In this document: one piece after another, positions 39,212-47,500 of the stretch | Position numbering within the stretch: the first letter of the stretch is position 1 | How the letters are laid out: each line of letters starts with the position of its first letter | Assembly (NCBI GenBank): GCA_951804945.1 | Contig: OX638153.1 | Coordinates: 51,398,001-51,462,000 of the forward strand | DNA: 64,000 nt | From: Podarcis cretensis | Taxonomy: Eukaryota | Direction of reading: 5' to 3' | The notes under the pieces: generated by a model | Told to the model about the DNA's origin: nothing | The model's database searches: none | The model's input: only the letters and a program-made list of their open reading frames with translations | Translations under genes and position numbers: made by a program

Positions 39212-39238
39212 GAATGGGAGAAGAAAGGTGCTAGTTAG
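39212..39238 (+). CDS. AFAP1L2: AFAP1L2 final coding exon
   Basis: tgcag|GAA TGG GAG AAG AAA GGT GCT AGT TAG = EWEKKGAS*, the canonical AFAP1L2 C-terminus. Exons 2-19 sum to 2450 nt with consistent phases. Confidence 0.96.
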   Translation, partial: EWEKKGAS

Positions 39239-41166
39239 GAAATCCTAGCACCAATAATGGACTCAGTATTAGAAGTGGCCATTCGTGGACTACAGGATTC
39301 TCTTGCAAATACAGAATGGTCTAGATGAGGTAAAGCATGGCCAGCTGTACACCAAGAAATAATGGATGGACCAGGGTCAGAACCCAACATGGCCTTCATC
39401 AGACTAATGAATATGCTCCTTTTTTAGCAGAGGAGTGCTGTGCAGCTGAGAGAGTTAACCTAAGTGGAAACCTTGCTTTCTAACTTGGCCAGTGTACATA
39501 ATGATGCCTTTGTGTATTTCTACTTTGGTGTTTTACTGTTGTCCAATCCAGGATTTGTTGGTAGCAATAGAATAGCAAGAACTGAATTCTTGCCAGATCT
39601 GTTTAATGTTCTTCTGATACACCAGGGCCTGGGGATCACAGAGGTAAATTCAGTTTCCTGAGCTAAAATCCTGAAAGCTGGTTAAGTAAATACAAGTCTC
39701 TGTGTCAGACTTTTCTGTTGGAGAAGAGCTGTTCCAACCAACGGAGACAATTTTGGCCAGGGAAACCAAGAGACACAGCTAAAAGGTATTATTGTTGTAC
39801 ACAATTCAGCCGGACTTTCCACAAAGAATTCCTGACCAAAAAACGAGTACAGCTCAGTGGAGGCTCGTTTGTTAGAGCAAATGGGGGCAGTGTCCCACCA
39901 ACCCTTAGCCAGTTCCCACCCGCCTGCCTGCCTTCTTACTCACAACCAGTCCAGGACTGGCACTGGCAGTGCACATTCTCCTCCTTAGCCTCAGTTCTGC
40001 CCTTGTAGCACTCAGGAGGATGGGGACAAAACTTAAAATTAGTTGGCTATGTCTTTCATTGGCTCTGGCACCACCTCCTGTTGGCCTCCCATCCAACTAG
40101 TCCCAGTGGGTGACAACCACTGCTACAGCTTCTTAATTTTCAATGTTTAATGCTTGTACAAGGAAAGCCAGGGCTTTTTTCAGCCGGAAACTCAGTTCCT
40201 GCACCTCTCAGGTGGGTGCCATTGCCAATATAAGAGAACAAGGGAGGTGTTCTTGGGCAGTTCTGGCATCTCTTTTTCTAGAAAAATAGCACTGAAGAGA
40301 GCTATTATCAGTTGTCAGCACAAGAGCAATGCACTGGGTTCACAGGTGACTAGACATTCCAATACCCACAGACAACTCCTGTGATTAAGAAGGGCTTTCC
40401 AGTGGGCATAAGTAGCAGAGATATCTCATTATGACTAAGGATCTACACTTAAATGCTATAGATTAGAGGCTGTGCATGGATGGGAACTTAAATCTTTGTG
40501 GATTGGGGCCAGAAAGTCATTTAACGTAATTCTTTAGCCACTGCATCTGTCATTTGAGGAATAAAGGGGTGGAATCTTCTGTCCTAGCTTCCAAAATGTG
40601 ATTAAGTATGCTGTGGGGTGATTTGAATGCACTTTAGTTACTCTGGAATGCTTCAGGTTAATAATATACACGTAATAGTAGTGTGTAGGAACAGATGCCA
40701 CATCATCATATTCTGCACAATAGTTGGCATACTGTATGGAAGTTAAGTGCACAAAAGCGAAGGAGAATTTGTTTACCCAAGTATGGTGAATTTAATCATC
40801 CAAACATTTGGAAGAGTGGGGAATTCCACCCCTTTACCCTTGAATATATTCTTATCATTCTGTTTTCTGTAAACAAAAGTATAATTAGACCAAGGTAGAA
40901 CTTGACTGAGCTGTGTTCCCGAAACCCAAGGAGATTAAATTATGTATATAAGGCAGAGTTAGGTGTGGACTCTGTGCCAAAAATGTCAGGTTCCTGAATT
41001 TTAACCTTGAATATGAATAATTTTTCAAAGCCAGCTGTATACAAAGGAAAGAATTTTTTATTAAATTGTTTGTGCTAACACAGTACTAAATGCTGTAAAG
41101 ACCACAGGTGCTTGAGCTCAGTATCTCGCTATCCAAGGGCCTTTTCAGATGAACATTTTCTTGTGC

Positions 41167-41172
41167 AATAAA
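41167..41172 (+). terminator. Candidate proximal poly(A) signal of AFAP1L2
   Basis: AATAAA in an AU-rich region about 1.9 kb after the stop codon; usage not shown. Confidence 0.35.
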
Positions 41173-41955
41173 TGTGCACTCCTGCTGGTCAGTCGCTGCA
41201 GGATCTCCAAACATCTTTCCCCAAACTACCTAGTTTATTATGAAAAAACAGCTTCCCCCCCCCTCAGCAGTAGAAGCGATATTTGCCCCTGGGGAAATAC
41301 TGATAACATAGGGCAGTGTACAGCAATTGGTGTACTTTGATTTAATTAACTGCTGTGACTTCTAGGCACTGAGTGACTCCTGCTCTATGTACTACTTTGC
41401 TGGGAGTTCTCTTATTGCTCCAGAAATAGGTGGTGGGGTGAAAAGGAATATTCACACAGGATTTTTCATCCCACACCAGTCTTCTGCCATTTGTAAACCA
41501 TCTCTCTCCCCCCACCCCCCTTTAGCTCCAAGATTCAGCCAAAATGGCTTGAGTCAAGCATGTACCTAAGCAGGTACCCTGACAATCAATAAGAATTTGC
41601 TGTTTAACCATGTTTGCTTTCTTAGTATGTATACCCCATTGACTTGTGCCAGGTCAGCATGCATAGGGGTTGTAGTCTTAGAAGTACTTAATGCTGTCTG
41701 CATCATTGGGGCATCAATTGGAAAGGCCAGAAACTCACAAGGCGGGCACAAACCCTAGATCTGTGAGTATACATTTTCTCCTTTCTTCTTTTGAGAGGGA
41801 AACAATCTCCAGGGGGTTAATTCATACCAGGGGAGAACAGTTTCTTAAGTTTGCAGACAATATATCATTTAAGCTAAAAAGCCACCTGTGTAATGTAATC
41901 ACCGTGTATTTTTTAAAAAACCAGGCTTTTTAAAACCACAGTACAAGCATATTGT

Positions 41956-42030
41956 TTCCTGCTTGGCAGGGGGTTGGACTCGATGGCCCTTGTGGTTTCT
42001 TCCAACTCTATGATTCTATGATTCTATGAT
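41956..42030 (+). mobile_element. CR1-type 3' tail fragment
   Basis: GCAGGGGGTTGGACTCGATGGCC...TTCCAACTCTATG(ATTCTATG)n. Confidence 0.8.
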
Positions 42031-42593
42031 ATCCACAGGTTACAGGCCCATCTGAAAGAGCTACACCATGTGTGCCACCATTCTGAAAGCAACAGGTATT
42101 TTTACCATTTGTCATACAAGTAGCATCCACAGTTGTTGAAGTAATGGGTCTACATTGACCCTAGGAATTAATTGTGCCAGTGTGCGCCTTGTCACTGCCA
42201 TTGTACATGTCTTGAGGTGTCTGTACTGCATTTGTCTCTCTTTGCTGGTGCAAGTGTTTAAGATGGGGGAATAAGGGCAGGGGAGGCAGAGGGGTCAATA
42301 AAGTTTTGGTCCTCAGGTGCCCTGACAAACTGGAAGCATCAAGGGGGAAGGTGCCGAGGTGTACCCCAGCATCTGTGCCACAGATCTCATCCTGACACAC
42401 AGCGCTGTGTTTCCTCCACCTCAACACTATAGCTGATAGTGGGGGGGCGGTCCAGGGACACAAAAAGTCAATATGTAAAGCAGGCAGTTTCAGACCCAAA
42501 GCGTTCATTTAACTCACCATAGAATGAAGTTGTTACTGTGTTCCTAGCTAAAAATAATACTTTCTATTTGTTGTACATGTGTCTTTTCAATCC

Positions 42594-43256
42594 ATGGATG
42601 TCAGGGGTTCAGGGAGAGAGGCGCAGAGGAGGGAGGAGACCGAGAGTGAGGGAGAAGGATTCCAGCCTGACGAGGAAGAGGACGACAATGACCCGAGGTG
42701 GTCCATGAGTCCGTCCAGTGAATCGGAGGATTCCCAAAAGGGAGCCCCCCTGGTCAAGCCAAGGGGAGCCCAAGGGGGAAGCAGTCAGGAGCAGGGGAAC
42801 GTAGGGGGAACCGCCAGTGGGAGTTGGAGATCGAGACCTGCTTCTCCACCGGAACGGAGTGAAGAGGGTGGAGTTACCAGTGTGTCGGGAGGAACAGAAC
42901 AAGGAGCAGAGGGGGGAAGGAGATCGGGGCAAGACGCCCTGCCGGAAGGGGCGGAAAGCAGTACCGGGAGCAGTGTGGCTGTTGAAAGGAAGGTCAGGAG
43001 CAACGTACGCGCGCCAAGTTCAAATGTGGAGGCGCGCGGAAGTGGGGAGAGCTCTGGGGAGGAGCCTGGTGCTAAAGCACGAAGGAGGGGGCAGCAGGCA
43101 GGAGAAGACTCAGCCTCTGGGGAGTCCCGGAAAGAGGGAACACAGGGGGGCAGGAAGACCCTGCGGAAAAGGAAGGAGAGGAAAAGGTGGAGCAGCACAA
43201 GCCTCTTAAATTGGTGCAGGGGAGGGACGGACTCAGAGGGGACTTCTAACATCTAA
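42594..43256 (+). CDS. LTR-encoded 220-aa ORF (intact copy of the Pol C-terminal extension)
   Basis: ATG GAT GTC...ATC TAA with no stops. Same frame and sequence as the Pol tail in the 3' LTR up to the duplication. Acidic N-part, S/G/E-rich middle, basic RKTLRKRKERKRW. Independent translation is not shown. Confidence 0.55.
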   Translation: MDVRGSGREAQRREETESEGEGFQPDEEEDDNDPRWSMSPSSESEDSQKGAPLVKPRGAQGGSSQEQGNVGGTASGSWRSRPASPPERSEEGGVTSVSGGTEQGAEGGRRSGQDALPEGAESSTGSSVAVERKVRSNVRAPSSNVEARGSGESSGEEPGAKARRRGQQAGEDSASGESRKEGTQGGRKTLRKRKERKRWSSTSLLNWCRGGTDSEGTSNI

Positions 43257-43382
43257 GGGTAACAGATGTGGAGCCACGGAGTTTGGATGTAATGACGACA
43301 ATGATCTTCAATAAAACCTTTTGTATATAACTTGGACTGGATTATGGTCTCTTGTGAGCTGGGACCCAGGGTGGCTCTGACA
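42599..43382 (+). repeat. 5' LTR (784 bp)
   Basis: TG...CA ends with 6-bp terminal inverted repeat; AATAAA at 43310-43315; direct repeat of 48345-49141. Confidence 0.97.
43205..43245 (+). promoter_or_regulatory. Putative LTR core promoter and transcript 5' end (self-primer)
   Basis: TATA-like CTTAAA (43205-43210) lies about 30 nt before an Inr-like TCAG (A at 43235). This is followed by GAGGGGACTT (43236-43245), which is complementary to the PBS. Confidence 0.6.
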
Positions 43383-43384
43383 GT

Positions 43385-43394
43385 AAGTCCCCTC
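43385..43394 (+). promoter_or_regulatory. Self-priming primer-binding site
   Basis: AAGTCCCCTC, 2 nt after the LTR end, lacks the TGG of a tRNA PBS and is the exact reverse complement of 43236-43245. Confidence 0.75.
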
Positions 43395-43444
43395 CAAAGA
43401 ACGCAAAAATTTTTTTTTTGCAAAGCTCACGAACGGTGACAGCC

Positions 43445-44521
43445 ATGAGTGCGGAGGAGCAGTTGACAGCTCTGCGAACTACAGTTTCCGAACTCACTGC
43501 TGCAGTCCTTGCGTCTCAGAAGAAGCATGACGAAATGGAGAAGCGCTGCCAGGACCTGCAAACCAGGTGGGAACGTGCAAGCAGGGAAGGGTTCCCAGGG
43601 TCCAGATCAGAAGGGATTGGACTTGGACGGAGGGGGGGCAGCCTAGTCACCCACTTCGATGGGAACCTGAAGCACTACCCCAGTTTCAGAGCAGACGTTT
43701 TGTATGCATTGCACTTGCTTCGTCATGACTTTAAAGATGAGGAGGAGAAAGTGGGGTTTATTGTTTCTCACTTGCATGGGCCGGCCAGAGACTGGTTGCG
43801 TAATTTGTGGCGTGAAGATGGCCCTGCCCGCCGCGATGCAGATGAATTCATTAAAGCAATGGATGCCTGCTTCCAGTCAACTGTAGATGTGGATCTTGCA
43901 CGCAGGGAAATTTTTGGATTGCGGCAAGGCAAAGCCACTGTGCGTCAGTACCATTCCAGATTTTTTGCTTTACTGACTGCGCTAAGCTGGGAGAAGGATT
44001 GTGCACCTGTGAGGGATTTGTTCTGGGAGGGGCTCAGCGGTCCCATTAAGGATGAACTTGCCAGGGGAGACAGACCCCAGACCCTGGAGGAGCTTGTGCA
44101 GAGGGCTTTGGCGATTGGGATAAGGCACGAGGGACGTCCTTGGCACACTGAGGAAGAACGTCAGGTGCGTCCACCAGCGAGGACGTCTTCTTTCATCCCC
44201 AGGGAGTTCAGTCAGTCACATCCTTCGCCACTGGGAAGGCAGGGGGAGGAGCCCATGGAACTTGGTGGTGCTAAGGCTCAAGCAACAGCCAGAGCCCCAG
44301 CTTCCGGTGCAGTAAAGGCACAGCCTCCTAGAGGGACCAGGAAGTGTTACATTTGCGACAGTGCACAGCACATGGCGAAAGAGTGTCCCCAGAGGCTGCA
44401 GAAACACACTGCAGCTTTAGCAACTGTTGCAGCAGAAATGATGCAAGCAGAGCAACCTCAGGGAAACGACAGTGCCTGGCTGGAAGCAGAGCTGCTGGGG
44501 CTCAGCCAGGCGAATCTGTAG
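43445..44521 (+). CDS. gag: Retrotransposon Gag (358 aa)
   Basis: gccATGa start, N-terminal coiled-coil-like heptads, capsid region with QGKATVRQYHSRF, EPMELG motif, CCHC knuckle CYICDSAQHMAKEC. Confidence 0.95.
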   Translation: MSAEEQLTALRTTVSELTAAVLASQKKHDEMEKRCQDLQTRWERASREGFPGSRSEGIGLGRRGGSLVTHFDGNLKHYPSFRADVLYALHLLRHDFKDEEEKVGFIVSHLHGPARDWLRNLWREDGPARRDADEFIKAMDACFQSTVDVDLARREIFGLRQGKATVRQYHSRFFALLTALSWEKDCAPVRDLFWEGLSGPIKDELARGDRPQTLEELVQRALAIGIRHEGRPWHTEEERQVRPPARTSSFIPREFSQSHPSPLGRQGEEPMELGGAKAQATARAPASGAVKAQPPRGTRKCYICDSAQHMAKECPQRLQKHTAALATVAAEMMQAEQPQGNDSAWLEAELLGLSQANL

Positions 44522-44534
44522 AGCAGTCCCCAGC
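44461..44534 (+). promoter_or_regulatory. -1 programmed ribosomal frameshift signal (slippery site plus H-type pseudoknot)
   Basis: G GGA AAC (44461-44467) in the gag frame, 6-nt spacer, stem 1 GCCTGGCTG/CAGCCAGGC (44474-82/44503-11), stem 2 GCTGGGG/CCCCAGC (44494-500/44528-34). pol is in the -1 frame. Confidence 0.9.
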
Positions 44535-47500
44535 GCTTTTGCAACGCACAGACCCTTTACCACCCAAGCCAGCGGTGCAGCTCACTGCAACACTTCAGTT
44601 GCCGAATGGAACCACCCTGGAAGTCCCCATCACGATTGATTCTGGGAGCAACGCAGATTTTGTGGGGACGCACTTTGTCAAGCAGCATCGCATAGCGCTT
44701 CTGCCAGCGACAACACCTCTGAACGTAGTCACGGTGGATGGCAGGAAATTGCTAGGAGGACAAGTTGTGCAACAGACGCCTCCCATGGTGATGAGGATTG
44801 GAAATCATCGAGAAGTCATCAGCTTCAATGTCACCCGCCTTTCAGACACGCCTATAGTATTAGGCATGAGTTGGCTGGAGAGACACAGTCCTGCTGTAGC
44901 GTGGTACCAACGGCAGATCACCTTTTGCTCATCGTACTGTGCTCAACATTGCATCCAGTCCAGCCAGGAGGAGGGAGCTGAGCAGCAGTTGCAACTTGGC
45001 ATGGTGCAGGCAGTACCCCGCAAGTACGAGGGGTTCCTGGAGGTTTTCTGCGAGAAGGAAGCTGACCAGTTGCCGCCCCACAGGCCTTATGATTGTGCCA
45101 TCGACCTGGTGCCAGGGGCGCAGTTGCCGACTGCAAAGCTGTATTCCATGTCTGAGGACGAGATGCAAGAACTCAGGGAGTTCATAGAGCACAATTTGAA
45201 GCGCGGATTCATCCGAGAATCGAAAGCGGTGGGGGGCAGTCCTGTTTTCTTTGTAAAGAAAAAGGACACGCCCCAAAAAAGACTCATTGTGGACTATCGA
45301 TTCATAAACAGTAAGACCAAACCCAAGGCCTTCCCCATGCCCAAGATAGATGATCTCCTGGCAACCGTAAGGAAGGGGAAGATCTTCACCAAATTGGATC
45401 TGCGTGGAGCGTATAACCTCATACGCATCCGGGAGGGCGATGAGTGGAAGACGGCCATGTTCACGCCTCTGGGCACGTACGAATACAGAGTGATGCCATT
45501 TGGTCTCCAAAATGGATCTCACGTCTTTCAAGCATTTATGCATCACGTGCTAGCGGGACTTCTCTACAAGAAATGCGTGTGTTTCCTCGACGACATCCTG
45601 ATCTTTTCGGAAACGGAGGAGGCCCATGAGAAGGACGTAAAGGAAGTCCTGCAGAGACTACGGGAGAACAAGCTCTACGCCAAGTTAGAGAAGTGCCAGT
45701 TTGATGTGACGGAAGTGGATTTCCTAGGCTACAAGCTGTCCGACAAGGGGCTGGCCATGGACAGCGCCAAGGTCCGCGCGGTGTTGGACTGGAAGAGCCC
45801 TCGCAATCGGAAGGAAGTCCAAAGATTCATCGGCTTCGCCAACTTCTACCGCAAATTCATCAGAGGTTTTGCAAAGGAGACGGCAGCGATCACGGACACT
45901 CTCAGTTCCAAGAAAAAGAGGTTCGTGTGGACGGAACAGGCGGAGCGCTCTTTTCAGAAGCTTAAAAGCCTTTTCGCCTCCGAGGAGCAGCTGCTGCACG
46001 TGAATCCAGGCAAGCCCATACGAGTAGAGACCGACGCGTCAGACAGAGCGGTTGGAGCCGTACTCCTGCAAGAAGATCCACATGGAAACTGGAGACCCGG
46101 TGCCTTTTACTCCAGAAAGCTCAGCAAAGCGGAGCAAAACTACACCATATGGGACAGGGAGCTGTTAGCCATTCACGCAGCGTTCAAAGCGTGGCGACAT
46201 TTCCTCATTGGAGCCAAGCACACAGTGCAGGTCCGCACGGATCACAAGAATTTAGAGTATTGGCGCACGGCGAAACTCCAGAGCCAAAGACACATGCGCT
46301 GGGCAGAGTTCTTCGCGGATTTCGACTTCAGGATAGAGTACGTCCCAGGGGACTCCAACGTTATAGCCGATGCGCTCTCCAGGAAACCGCAATATCTTGA
46401 GGAAGCGGCGCCAATAGCAGCCAGGCACATTTTTGCACCGCAGGCGTGGGCGTGCGCTGCCATCGCTGTCGACCTGGACGCAGTGCGACGCGCGTTGCAG
46501 GTAGATCAGTTTGCACAATCCAAAATAGAGGAGCTGCGTAGGGGTTCGCTGAGAGACGATGAGTTCCAGTTACGCGACGGACTGTTAACTCACAAGGGTG
46601 CCCTCTACGTGCCGAGCGACGAGCTCCGAGCAAAGGTTCTGCAGCAGTTGCACGACGCTCCCAGTGCGGGCCATTTCGGCAGGGAGAAGACAATAGAACT
46701 GGTGGCCAGGGACTTTTGGTGGCCCCAGATGCGAGGAGAAGTAGCGGAGTACGTCGCCAGATGTGACACTTGTCAGAGGTCCAAGCCAGTACACCAGAAG
46801 CCGGCGGGCTTACTGGAACCACTGGAAACACCACAGCAACCGTGGGAGAGGGTGGCGCTGGACTTCGTCACTGACCTGCCCAGTTCCAGAGGCAAGACAG
46901 CGGTACTGGTGGTGGTGGACTTGTTCACCAAGATGGCGCACTTCATTCCCTGCGCGAAGGTGGCGACGGCGGAACAGACCGCCAAGCTCTTCATCGACCA
47001 CGTGTTCCGGGCGCATGGGCTGCCGCGGGCCATCCTGTCCGACAGGGGGCGCCAGTTTATTTCCAATTTTTGGCAGAAGCTCCTAGGTATCCTGCGCGTC
47101 AAGATCAACCTAGCGTCGGCAAGACATCCACAAACCAACGGCCAGGCCGAGAGGGTCAACGCGATCATGCAGCAGTACCTGAGATGTTATGCAAATCAGC
47201 GACCCACAGCTTGGGTGGACTACCTACCGATGGCGGAGTTTGCCTACAACAACACGAAGCATGCGTCGACGGGGGTGACGCCGTTCTTCGCGAACAATGG
47301 ACGTCATCCCAGGACCTTCCCGGGGTTCGTAGCACCAAGAGAGGGGGAGCCGCAAGAGGCCGACCAGTTCGCTGCAGAACTACAAGAGGTGCACGAGGAG
47401 CTGCGGAGACATTTGGAGCTAGCCAAACAAGCATATAAGGTGCAGGCAGACAAAGGCAGAAGAGTGGGAGAGGACATCCAGGTGGGGGACTGGGTGTGGT

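Noticed and set aside
43324-43330. TATATAA as the LTR promoter
   Set aside because: It lies downstream of the AATAAA, which would leave no R region and exclude the self-primer from the transcript. The CTTAAA/TCAG pair fits better. Not experimentally excluded.
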